This document shows, one piece after another, positions 25,990 to 37,875 of a stretch of 63,479 nt of DNA. A model generated the notes under the pieces. The model searched no databases and had not been told where the DNA came from. It saw only the letters and a program-made list of their open reading frames with translations. This stretch comes from Octopus bimaculoides (taxonomy: Eukaryota). Each line of letters starts with the position of its first letter. Positions within the stretch are counted from its first letter, which is position 1. The stretch lies in the NCBI RefSeq assembly GCF_001194135.2, contig NC_068984.1:35947476-36010954 (forward strand), in the 5' to 3' direction. Made by a program: the position numbers and the translations under genes.

Positions 25990-26620
25990 GTTATCAATGT
26001 AGGTGACGAGAGATTTTAAGTGGGCGCAGATCTGTACGGTCACATGGGTCATAACGATCTTTGGAATTTACAGATATATCGGTTCTGTGAATTAAATAGG
26101 TAGCAGATAAGATCATCATACTGACGATTTTGAACAGAAGTATCTCTTGCTCTAGTTGTGGGGAGCAAGAGACAGTTGAAGAAAGATTGCGTAAAGTGCT
26201 GAAAAATTGAAAGTAACAGACACTTGATTCCAGTATATCAAGATTCCTGTCATACTGTAACAGTTGCTGGAAGCTAACAACCAGCCTGCGTTCCTTTGGA
26301 ATAACCAGCAGTGAAGGTGAGGTGGAAAAAAGGAAAGACTAGTGGACAGCTAGAATAACAAACAGTCCTTGAAGGGAGAAGAAACTTTCTCCTCTACCAG
26401 CCACCGATATTTTTGCAACGTCCTGTAGTCACGCAGACGACATATTGTTTTTTTTATGTAATACCAGCTTATATTCTCCAGCTATATAAGGACTGCGCAG
26501 AGGAGGTGGAATGTTTTATTTCGCAGCAACAACTCAGTGAAACCGCAAAAAAGATACTAGTCGTAAGGTGATTTAGTTTAAACACGCCCACATTGCCACT
26601 GTGTACGACTATGCGTGGTC
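25990..26620 (+). mobile_element. Possible highly decayed RLE-type non-LTR fragment (HERO/NeSL-like)
   Basis: Weak motifs only: NDLWNLQIYR (~26050-26080), CSSCGEQETVE (26148-26180, resembles C..C...ET..H), then DIFATS..DDILF. Many stops. Confidence 0.3.
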
Positions 26621-26676
26621 TCAAACGTACTTCTGTAAAATGAAGAGAAAGAAAATAAAAAAATAAACCGCAATTA

Positions 26677-28225
26677 CAGCCTTGGCCAAATGTATTAGGC
26701 CACCCTAATGTTTTGGGGTTCTGCTATCCCAGTGTAAATGAAACTCGCGCACATGTTAGCTTATGGTATATTTGACAATATACTTTAATTTTAATATCTG
26801 GTTGACCCTCCTTTAGTATCGGTTACTATTGTAAAACGATTAGGGGATTGAATCAGCCAGTTTCTTGCAGGTGCAATGCGCCATTTTACTCCATCCTTCT
26901 CCCAACCTTTGGTACAGATGCTCTTTTTTTTAATTGCTGTGTTCCTGATAGCTTCAGCAAGTGTTCCCCTTAGGAGTTCGATCGTATTTATATCGTGATA
27001 TTGAGCTGGCCAGTCCATGGGGAAAATAATTTGTGTCTCAAGCCATTGACGAGTAATTCATTGCTGTATGACATGGAGCGTTGTATCGTTGAGATTAACA
27101 CTGTTTTCCGACACTCCTGGATGAAATTTAGCAATTCATGGCGCTCAAAGATCCGATAACATAGAAGCATAGGTAGCTGAATTCATCCTTCCCTGATATA
27201 GAAACATTTCTCTGGGTCCTATGGCAGACAAGCAGGCCCACACCATGATAGAACCATCCCCATGTTTCAGATTTGGTAGGAGACATTCAGTCCAAATGCT
27301 TCCCCCTACTCTTGGACACACGGAATTAACACCAGATGCACCGAAAACCTGAGGAAAAACGTAAAATAATATTTGCTTTATGTTGGATGCTTATTTATAT
27401 AATATGGGCAACAAACCAGTTACACTACATTGTATGTTGATTGAATACATGTACTATCTTACCTCATAGTTACAGTCATCAGACCGTATGACTTTCGACC
27501 ATTGCTCACTGGTCCAAGTTGAATGATTTTTGGCTCACTGAAGACATTTTTCCATATTCGCTTCAGAAACCTATGATTTATTCCTGGCTTTACAGCCTTT
27601 CAAACCGTACTCTACAAGCCTTCTTCTAACAGTTATGGTTGATATTTTTGAAGTACTTGCCTCGTTGAAGTACGCACAGAGCTCTGACGATGTTTTTCTC
27701 CTGTTTCTGAGCAACTGATGGATGATGGATAAGTCATTATGCGGTGATGTAATCTTTATTCTACTGGTTCTTTGTATTGTCTTCACATCTTTTGTCTCTA
27801 TGAAGCGCTTGAGAATCATTTGCGCTGCACATCGGGAACATTTCATCTTCTGTGCAACTTGCCTTTGAGACATTCCATTTCCATGATGAACTATGATTTG
27901 ACATCACATACACCACTCACTCAACTCCCTTGTTTTAGGTATTTTACTGTGTTATTAACTGTATCTGCAACGTATTTTAGTATAAAACTCTGAAATGATC
28001 AAGGAAACATAAGTTTATTTTGGACATTGGTCTTACTCATAATTGGTTGCATATGTACAGCACAGTATAAAAGTTGTGACTGATGCTAAAGGAGGGTCTA
28101 CCAAGTATTAAAACTACTGTGTATTGTGAAATATACCATAATCTACTATGTGTACGAGTTTCATTAACATTGAGAGAGCAGAACCCCAGAAAATTGGGGT
28201 GGCCTAATACTTTTAGCCAAGGCTG
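26677..28225 (-). mobile_element. Full-length (1,549 bp) Tc1-family DNA transposon with long TIRs and TA target-site duplication
   Basis: TA at 26675-26676 and 28226-28227. TIRs 26677-26826 and 28076-28225 start cagccttggc and align without gaps at 125/150. The internal transposase pseudogene is on the minus strand. Confidence 0.93.
26791..27942 (-). pseudogene. Tc1 transposase pseudogene (DD34E type) with a putative 114 bp intron at 27349-27462
   Basis: IPKTRELSE..MSQRQVAQKMKCS..TVRRRLVEYGLKGCKARNK (HTH); WSKVIRSDDCNYE|VFGASG..LKHGDGSIMVWAC; QRYNAPCHTA (2nd D mutated to Y); WPAQYHDINTIE; KGGSTRY*. Spacing is 34 after removing a 1 nt frameshift. Confidence 0.88.
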
Positions 28226-28601
28226 TATATATGAATAAACAGGAAAAGTAGATTTGGTATTCCTACACCAGCGCAAGCAGAAATGTATGAAGGACATGTG
28301 GAAATCCATATGCAATGCCAAAAAGGGGAGGCAGTAGGCGAATATACACAGCTGAACAAAGAAGTATCAATAAAAATAAGTAGTATACCCCAACCACACT
28401 GACACCAGAAAAGATCATAACTTATTCCAGAAAGTGTTTGGAGGCTATGAGGATGATAGAAACCCTCCACGAAATATGAACTGATTCACAGAATTTACAC
28501 TAATAGCTTACGTCAGGAAACATAGTAAATGAACTACGAACACATTCCCATAAAGATGTTGACTTAATAAGTTTTATGGCATGCATTACATGCATAAACT
28601 T

Positions 28602-28805
28602 TTCTACCGAAGGCGCAACGTCTCAGACTTGTGGGGCGGGGGCAAATCGATCACATTGATCTCAGTATAAGACGTACTCAATTTACTCCAAAACAATGAT
28701 ACACAAAGACGACTTAGGCGGAATTTGAACACAGAATGTAGCGATGGACGAAATACCTCTAAGCATCTCGTCCAGTGAGCTAACGATTCTGCAAGCTCAC
28801 CTTAA
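28602..28805 (-). mobile_element. SINE family 1, diverged copy
   Basis: gcggaatttgaacacagaatgtagcgatggacgaaatacc..gctaacgattctgcaagctcacc matches 34290-34385. Confidence 0.78.
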
Positions 28806-29025
28806 ATCCATCGCACATATAACACCGAATTATCGGTGCATGCATTACACATATACCACCGAATACTAGAGGCCTTTCTGTACTTTGGCAAGAAGTATGA
28901 ACCCCACTTTTCTCTCAACAGCACAGTTACATCAATGAATGCTTAAGCTACACCAACAGTTATATGTATGTAAATATACGTTTGTGTAAGTATGTATGTA
29001 TGTATGTATATTATATATCTATCTA

Positions 29026-29062
<37 letters not shown>

Positions 29063-29587
29063 NNNNNNNNNNNNNNNNNNNNNNNNNNNNNNNNNNNNNN
29101 NNNNNNNNNNNNNNNNNNNNNNNNNNNNNNNNNNNNNNNNNNNNNNNNNNNNNNNNNNNNNNNNNNNNNNNNNNNNNNNNNNNNNNNNNNNNNNNNNNNN
29201 NNNNNNNNNNNNNNNNNNNNNNNNNNNNNNNNNNNNNNNNNNNNNNNNNNNNNNNNNNNNNNNNNNNNNNNNNNNNNNNNNNNNNNNNNNNNNNNNNNNN
29301 NNNNNNNNNNNNNNNNNNNNNNNNNNNNNNNNNNNNNNNNNNNNNNNNNNNNNNNNNNNNNNNNNNNNNNNNNNNNNNNNNNNNNNNNNNNNNNNNNNNN
29401 NNNNNNNNNNNNNNNNNNNNNNNNNNNNNNNNNNNNNNNNNNNNNNNNNNNNNNNNNNNNNNNNNNNNNNNNNNNNNNNNNNNNNNNNNNNNNNNNNNNN
29501 NNNNNNNNNNNNNNNNNNNNNNNNNNNNNNNNNNNNNNNNNNNNNNNNNNNNNNNNNNNNNNNNNNNNNNNNNNNNNNNNNNNNNNN
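29063..29587. other. Assembly gap (N) flanked by (AT)n
   Basis: Run of N. A small gap also lies at 30024-30033. Confidence 1.
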
Positions 29588-29890
29588 ATATATATATATG
29601 TAAAAATATGTGACACTTATTCGGTAGCCATGATAAAACTCCGAGTTTCGGATGCCGGGATGGGAGCACACGCCAACATCTCTTTAATTATCCGGCCATT
29701 GAAAATTCCTGTGAAAAATGACCGCTAGACAAAGGGAAATTACTGTGTGATTGACCGTTATTAAGACAAAAGAGCTAATAGACTGCTAAGTAAGGTAGAG
29801 GTGAGAGAGTAGAGATGTCTATAGGTTCGCGTAAGCGCACAAATCCTTACATTCGCCTATACTTATATACTAAAAATACCCTCGCTTTAA

Positions 29891-29990
29891 ACACACACAT
29901 GCTCACCCACATACTCGCAAAAAACTATACATGTATGTAAACACACCCATGCTCACCCACGTACTCGCCAAAGACAATACATATATGTAC
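29891..29990. repeat. Two-copy 50 bp tandem duplication
   Basis: acacacacatgctcacccacatactcgcaaaaaactatacatgtatgtaa versus acacacccatgctcacccacgtactcgccaaagacaatacatatatgtac. Confidence 0.85.
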
Positions 29991-30041
29991 ATATGCATCT
30001 ATATACACGCATATACATCCACANNNNNNNNNNATATATAC

Positions 30042-30165
30042 ATTCCACCATCGACAGGTAAAATTATCAGGTACTTAAGTAAATATATATGTCTGTATAT
30101 TTACTTAATTACCTGACAATTTCACCTGTCACCTATATGACAATTTTACCTGTCGCTGGTGGAAT
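30042..30165. repeat. Nested foldback or MITE-like palindrome
   Basis: attccaccatcgacaggtaaaattatca pairs with tgacaattttacctgtcgctggtggaat (26/28). The inner caggtacttaagtaaatata pairs with tatatttacttaattacctg (19/20) around an 8 nt loop. Confidence 0.88.
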
Positions 30166-30544
30166 ATATGTTATTATTTTATCTATGAATACATTAATAA
30201 AATTCTACCAATAAAGCTATCGAAAATTTTAAATGCTACTTCAGTTCTATTTTTATACCTAGATTACACCTGGAACCAGCTACAGTCGAATCAACAGTTT
30301 AAACTGAAAACGGTGTTTGCATATCTTCAGTATCCTTCCAACACTTGACAGTTTCATTGTAGGTTACATCCCTGTTGAAGTCAACATTACCCTAACTAGC
30401 CAATTCTGGCGCCCTACCTGTTGATGTGCTTTGATTCTATTGAATCCTTTTAACTAATTTCATATATATCCATTCATCCATCACGCCCTCTCTTCATATA
30501 TAAATACATACATACATACTTACAGACATACATATATACATACA

Positions 30545-30589
<45 letters not shown>

Positions 30590-33500
30590 CCCATCATTTC
30601 TCAATTCTGTGAATCCCTAAGCTTAAAGTTTGCAAAAGCTGCATCCAAAACGTGTTTATGCCGGGCGCTTTGTCATTTCATGGAAGTGGGGCGTTCTTTC
30701 AATATTCATGCTGCGTGCTGAGATGGCCGATTAATTACGAATAGACGCAGCTTGCGCAATTAGAGTGGATCACGTACTTGTTTGTAAGTTAAGGGCGCGT
30801 CTTTTTTCCCAAGTTGATACTTATGTCGTACCGTATAGCATTTCTCACATGTATGCCCTGAGAGACCACTCTCTTTTACCTAAAGCTGGTGTATTTGACA
30901 TAGAATTCATTTAAGTCAATAAGCAAATACGTAGAGCAGTAAGTGCGTCAAGTCAGACCATATCACCTTCTCACAATTTTGTTATGACTCTGCCATTGAT
31001 GGCGCTAGTCACTGCGTTTCTAAGAACAGTGGAATGATGAGAGAGAGAAATCGACTTTAACGGCGTTGGACAGTAAACCTTGTCCCACTCTCCAGTGAGT
31101 GTGCCAATTCTTTTACTTTACACATTCACCCACTCATACACACTCAAATTATGGTACGCACACACACACATATTTACATATAAACATAAATATGTAATCG
31201 TGTTCAAATGTTTGTGTAAACACACACACTTACATATACATATACATGCACACTCACATACGCATTCATAAATATTATGTATATATTCATATGTGACTAT
31301 GTTTATGACTGCGTGTCAGTATAAAGTAATATTCGCTCACTTCCCAGCACATAACATCAAGAAATCAAATAAAGAATAAATGCAAAATTCAATACTTTTA
31401 AAGTTACTTTAAGAAACTAAAGTAATACATTATCTAAATTTTTATTATGCATTGTTGAAAGAAGACATAATTTTGAATTTAACATTGCAGACATCTTGTT
31501 TGCGTTTACTATTATTTTAATATTCTTGCCTATTTCTCTTTGTAATTAGTAACAAAATCATTTAAAGCAGTGCTGATTTATGAGTATTGTATTTGTTTTC
31601 ATTTCAAAAATACTAACTTTGCTATCACCATTGCATCAAAATAATAAAATTGTTCTTAACACCACCGCCACTATATTCAACACTACTTGCATCTTAGTTC
31701 GTACATTAAAGAAATCTAGTTCTTGTATATTGTAATAAAAGCAGACTCTAAAAACCATCAACCCGATGTCTAAGTTAATTCGAGAACAGTTTTTTTTCTT
31801 GTTTTTATTTTTATTGAAATTACCTGCTGTTATTCTCTCTTGTCATTTTTGATATTTCCCAAACATTATTGCCAATATTTCACATTTCTTCTAGAATTAT
31901 GACCAACAATTTAAACAATTATGAAAGTAAAGTATATTTTCTATTACACAGATAATTTTTAAAATTTTAACAAAACCATATACTTACTTATAATGAGAGG
32001 TATTGTATAACTTCACCATATTCTCCATTTATTATGCTTTGGGTAAAAGTAAGGATAGAAGTGTAAGTTTATCCATGCCAAATATAAACAGGGAAATTCA
32101 AGAGATTTGGCTTTAGCAGCCGTCGCCATTAATTGTTAATTTCAAAGAATTTATTCAAGTGGTAGAAATTCAAACAAGTGGATGGTTACTATAAGTTGTC
32201 TGAAAGGCCAAATTAGATGATGAATTACTTAAATATTTCATAGAAGATGAAAATATGAAAAACGACTTTGACTATGTCATGATTTCTTATCAAAATAGAA
32301 TTCATGTACTGCATTTCAAACGAATTTCCAACATTTCCTTGACTCAGTTACACTACCAATAAATATTATCGATTTGTTAATGAACAAGGACTATACACCA
32401 TTAAATATGCGTGAAATGATCTCTAGAAACGTTTAAGATGACTTTTTTACTGATACTTGCCAAATCTTTTATAAAGGCTTTTCAAATTTTCCGAAGTCAG
32501 CATCTATTTGAAATATATTTAGCATATGTTGGCTGCGCTTTACAACCGAAGAGCTACGAAAGTGTGCTCTTAATATTATCGCTATGATTTCAATTTCTTA
32601 ACGTTAGACTTATTCTTTGTCCTCCAGGTAATATCTCTGTTTGTTGTTAGCACATCTATTGTAATATGGGAATTAGGTCCATCTTTAAAAGTATTTTCTT
32701 GTGCAGGTCTATGTATAATTAAGATTGTTGCTTATTACTTATTTCTATCACGTTGTTTGTGTTTTGTGTGGGGATGCTAAAATCTTAGACTGTCTCCATT
32801 AGTTGAGAGTCGTTGCAATAAAAGAGGAATTCCTTGGTGTAGTTCTGGTAGCTGTGCGGTTTAGCCTTATTAAAACTAGTACATCACAATTTAGTCGCCA
32901 AATAACAATGAATAACGTGATGACTTTTGACAAAAATCTCATAATTTTATAGATACTCATTCAGCTTAGACTCTGTGGTATGCGTTGAGATGTGTGGTGT
33001 TATATGTACTAACACTTGAGTAATCAAAATCATATTTTGCATATCACGAAATATTGATGCACCGGCAGTGGCATTAATCGTGAGCATTCAATTCTGAAAT
33101 ACCATAATAGTTTCAAAACTATTGGCACAGATAATTATAAAAGAGAAGGGTAAGAATTAAATATTAATTGATCTAAAAGAGTAAAAGTGACATGACATGA
33201 GGGATGATGTTGGTATTACAAATCCATCTAAAATCAATTCAAATTTATTTCATAGCGTGTGTAAATACAAACGGGTGGTTTTGTAACTCGTTGCATAATT
33301 GAAGTTTACGTTTCACATATAGTAAACAGCACAATCATTATATTTTTACGTTACCAGTGAGAAAATGTGGAATTCAAAATCGCACAACATGAACTATTCT
33401 TGTTAATAGTTGATAGTACAAGCTTTGATTCAATTAGGATGGTTATCTGCACCCGTAAAACAAACTTTTCCGGGTCGATAATTGATAACGTACGAAAATG

Positions 33501-34169
33501 TTGAAGCCTCATTCCCTATTCAAATATTTTGTCGCTTATCTTGTACAGATTTGTGCACTTCGATATAAAAACAAGTAATCATTGATAGGTGAGTGAAGAA
33601 GAATAGTGTGAACGTGAAATTGATACAACACCTGAAACCATCGATAATAACTGTGGCATCTTTTATTTTTGAAATATAGGGACGTAAAACTGATTCAATG
33701 AATGAAACTGGTTTAACAATTTCTTTGAGATGAAATTAGTAAATGATATGCATCTAGATTATCATGTCATGCAGGCATCATATTTTTCGCAATCGCAAAG
33801 GCGATTCATAAACAGAAATAGGAAACCAACGGACAGTAGGGACAGCTGTCTTTAGATGTATCAAAGTCCTTACTGAGTTCAGTTCCATATTGACTTCCCT
33901 TCCCTTCCACTGATATTACAATGTACAAGTCAATGACTGAACAGAGATATAATCTGCTGAACTCATTTTTCTGTACTTATTTAATTATGCTGCATATGAA
34001 GTCCTCAAACCATATACTAGGCGTGTTTTTTTTCTATAAAATATGAAATATGTTAGATATCTCAAAATAACTTACACATTTTCCAATAAAACTAGTATTT
34101 CAAATATCTTAAATATTTTTATTTCAAATACTATAACTATTACTACTACAATTGGCGATAACTCCATAT

Positions 34170-34385
34170 TCTTTTCTATTCTAGGCACAAGGCCCGAAAT
34201 TTGCGGGGAAGGGATTAGTCGATTAGATCGACCCCAGTACGCAACTGGTACTTAATTTATCGACCCCGAAAGGATGAAAGGCAAAGTCGACCTCAGCGGA
34301 ATTTGAACTCAGAACGTAAAGAGAGACGAAATACCGCTCAGCATTTCACTCGGAGTATTAACGTTTCTGCTAGCGCGCCGCCTTA
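34170..34385 (-). mobile_element. SINE family 1, well-preserved full-length copy
   Basis: Minus strand reads aaggcggcgcgctagcagaaacgttaa (A-box-like) ..ctgagttcaaattccgc (B-box-like) ..gtcgactttgcctttcatcctttcggggtcgataaattaagtaccag..ggccttgtgcctagaa. Multiple copies in this window. Confidence 0.88.
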
Positions 34386-35817
34386 ACGACAACCTCATAT
34401 TATTACTAAAAAAATATCCTACATAAAGTATAATTAAATAGACTAGATAATGGCTAGTAATAATTATTAAAATTGCTTCGTATATTTTTACTATTATTGT
34501 TCGGTGAAGGTTGCATTCTATAGATTGTAATGGTAATGATGTAACAACACGACACACTTTGTCTCACGTTCGATACACCGTTTGACATATTAATTTATAC
34601 TCTAGGTACAGAGCTACTGAAGGACTTCACTGATACGTAATGAAGCAAACATATTAAAGCAAGAAATTTACAACAGAAAGTAAGGTTGTGTCTTCCAGTG
34701 CACTGGGAATGATATCATCCAGAATGCAACATTTTACTTTTTTCTGGAATTATTCTTTATCTATTTCAAAGAGAACGAATATTTTTTCACAACCCGACAA
34801 AGAAAATTACAACACCAGTTCTGAAGTTTGCTTTAACAAAAATCATTCTTACAAACATTATTATACCTGTTAAATGCTGTGTGTTAAGCGTCCAGGTATG
34901 CGTTCTAATTTTCAAAAGAAAAAAAATGTATAAAAAAAATAACATCAATTGAAAGGAAACACAGAAGGAAGAAAAATAACCATGAACCACATGTTATTTA
35001 CTGTAATCACAAGACACCAAGCACTTGCATTTTTGATAATTGAGAAAAACAGAAATATTTTTTTTAAATCCCCTCTACTTCAAATACAGCTGCCTTTGTT
35101 ACATGCTCGCATTACAAAAGGATAATTAAAATAAAAGTAACTTCAGTCACGTGTTGAGGTAAAATTCAATAGCTGTGCCAGGGAAATGAAAACAAATGCG
35201 TTATCAGGAAATAAGAAAATAAAGTATATAATGGGATAGAAACATGAAACTTGAGTGATTAAAAAATGAGAGCGACAAGTGGAGAGAGAAAGTAAGATAT
35301 ATAGGCATACAAATTAAGAAACTAAGCGACAGAGAGAAAGACAGACAGACAGACAAAGTATGAATGTGCGCGTGCGCGTGTGTGTGTGTGTATGTGTGTG
35401 TGTGTGAGTGAGTGAGTGAGGAAAGAAAATGTGATAATACATAATTAAACTCTCATAACTGGAGAACATTTCTTTTCAATATGTATAGATATAAATATGA
35501 ATTCTAAAGAAGTGATATTTCATGCTGCACTAAACTAAAGACATACAAAAAGAGATTATTGTTAGCATGTATGAGGCGTTAAAAACAACAAACAAAGGGG
35601 TAAAACACAATAATAATCAATCTCATAAAATTCAGCAGATCATCGAACGAAGTACGTTGTAATATTTTCACTGGCTCTTAGTATTCTGAAAATTTATAAA
35701 AAACTGAAAGGGATTTATAGAGTATCAGTCGAGTTAATCGACTGTTTACTGCAATGTCCTACCGTATCTAAATCATTGTGCCATTCTAAGTCATCAATCA
35801 ATATTATTATTCGAATC

Positions 35818-35953
35818 AAGGCGGCAATCTGACAGAATCGTTAGTAGAGTTCAAATTCCGCAGAGGTCAACTTTACCTTTTATCCTTTCGGGGTCGATAA
35901 AATATGTATTAGTTGAGCACTCCAGTTGATTTAGTCGACTTGGTCCCTTCCCC
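35818..35953 (+). mobile_element. SINE family 1 copy with internal deletion
   Basis: aaggcggcaatctgacagaatcgttag joined directly to agagttcaaattccgcagaggtcaactttaccttttatcctttcggggtcgataaa. Confidence 0.82.
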
Positions 35954-37124
35954 ATACACACACAGGCACACACAGATGCACACACATATATGTATATAAC
36001 AGTGTATTTTCAAATCAAATTCCATACACAAAATATGATTGCGCAATTGTATGTATCTGTAACTTATAAAGTATATGATTTGTAGTACCTCTATTGGAAT
36101 GCAAAATATGAAGCCTAGTTTAATTAGAATCAGTAAGAATTATTATAAAGATATACAACAGGATTAATTAATGAACGCATCTGAATGTACCAGGATGTGA
36201 ATGAGAATAAAAACGGTAATAACTTCTAAATATAATTGATTAACAAGGAAAGAATAGGTAACTTGAGAACAGTAGAAAGTTAGGATATGAAACAACAAAT
36301 TAGAAAACATTGAAACTTTATTTTTCGTTCTTTCATTAAGTGCAACTACAAAATTTTACACATAGTTGGAAATCTGATTGGGTGATAAAATGTATTCCTA
36401 TATAGTGGAATATCAAGGGATAAAAATAAATAATAGATGTTAGTATATACATAAAAGTTGTCTGTTCATATATTGTTTTTTCGAATAATTTTTCAGCTTA
36501 TTCGAAAACAATATGTGAATACTGAGCATTAAATATCAGTTTGTCGATGATGCAACGTGGTGAATGTATCTTATAATGCTAAAATAATATGAAAATCAAC
36601 AATTAACTCATACTCAAATATATTTCGAGAAAAACCTATGCAGATAAAAGTTACTATACCTTTGTAACTAAAGCGTCAAAGCTTCTTCAGATAATGCTTT
36701 TAGATTTTGGATGAGAAATAATAACATTCTTTGCAAAAGAATATAATTGTCACCTTAGACAGTTATATTTCTAAACGATGACTCTGGATGTAGCGACTTC
36801 TTTCACGATTACCTACTACTTTGAAGAGTACTGTTGCATTTCGAATGTCTCCTTTGGGAACAAGCATGAAATATCGGAATCGAAATGCCCTCCGATTGCA
36901 TCAAGCGAGACGGTATTCTTAGTGTATTGCGGCTCATCCAACATTAATAACATAAACAAGGACAATGCGGCTGTCCACGCTAAATGTCAGAGAGGATCAT
37001 CTGATCAAGGAGTGGAATACTCTGACTAAATGCACTGCACACTAATTTTTAAGTCGCGAAAATTACATCTACATACAAAAATATATCCGTAGGCCTATAT
37101 ACAGCACTCTCTCTCTCTCTCTCT

Positions 37125-37355
37125 ACGTGTGAATGTGTGTTAAGAAGCTTGCATTCCACCCACATGGTTCCGGGTTCAGTCCCACAGCGTGGTACCTTTG
37201 CCAAGTGTCTTCTACTATAGCCTCGGGTCGACCAAAGCCTTGTGAGTCGATTTGGTTGACGGAAACTGTCTGTGGTCTTCCCCAACAACATTGCTTGGCA
37301 ACCGATGCTGGTGTGTTTAAGACTCCGTAAACCAGCGGTTCGGCAAAAAGTAGAA
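37125..37355 (+). mobile_element. SINE family 2 (tRNA-derived head, CORE-like central domain), lacking the central microsatellite
   Basis: agaagcttgc..catggttccgggttcagtccca (B-box-like) ..gtggtacctttgccaagtgtcttctactatagcctcgggtcgacc..gcttggcaaccgatgctggtgtgttt..cggttcggcaaaa. Homologous to 8745-9115 and 10610-10725. Confidence 0.82.
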
Positions 37356-37727
37356 ATTTATGCAAATGTGGGTAGAGCACAAGCTGCTCTTCAGGTCAGG
37401 GATACCATGACTATATGAAGTCTACTCGGAATATCCTAACGACAATGTAATCGTTATATAATTAAGCATGAAACATATGCTGCCTGGACTTTATCTAATT
37501 GATTCAGTAAATTTTCGATGATTATTTGCATATACAACAACCCTGTTGCTAACTGTGGACTATAAAATTAACTTGTTTGTGCTTATCGTACTTCGATACA
37601 GGATAAATTTACTTCCTTCTGCGCCAAAAAACATCTGTTGTTCCTGAATGTTGTTTTTATAACTTCTACAAATTTGAAACTCAATACCTCCCTAAACCTT
37701 GATCCATGGATCTTACCATTACATACA

Positions 37728-37875
37728 TGTGTGTGTGTGGGTGTGTGGGTGGGGGTNNNNNNNNNNNNNNNNNNNNNNNNNNNNNNNNNNNNNNNNNNNN
37801 NNNNNNNNNNNGGTGGGTGTGGGTGGGTGTGGGTGTGGGAGTTTGTGTGTGTGGGTGAGTGTGGGTGTGGGTGAG
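37728..37875 (+). repeat. (GTGGGT/GGGT)-type G-rich simple repeat interrupted by gap 37757-37811
   Basis: ggtgggtgtgggtgggtgtgggtgtggg. Confidence 0.9.

Noticed and set aside
34290-34385. tRNA gene (A/B-box-like motifs), also at 37140-37190
   Set aside because: These are SINE heads: no cloverleaf, and they continue into SINE body sequence.
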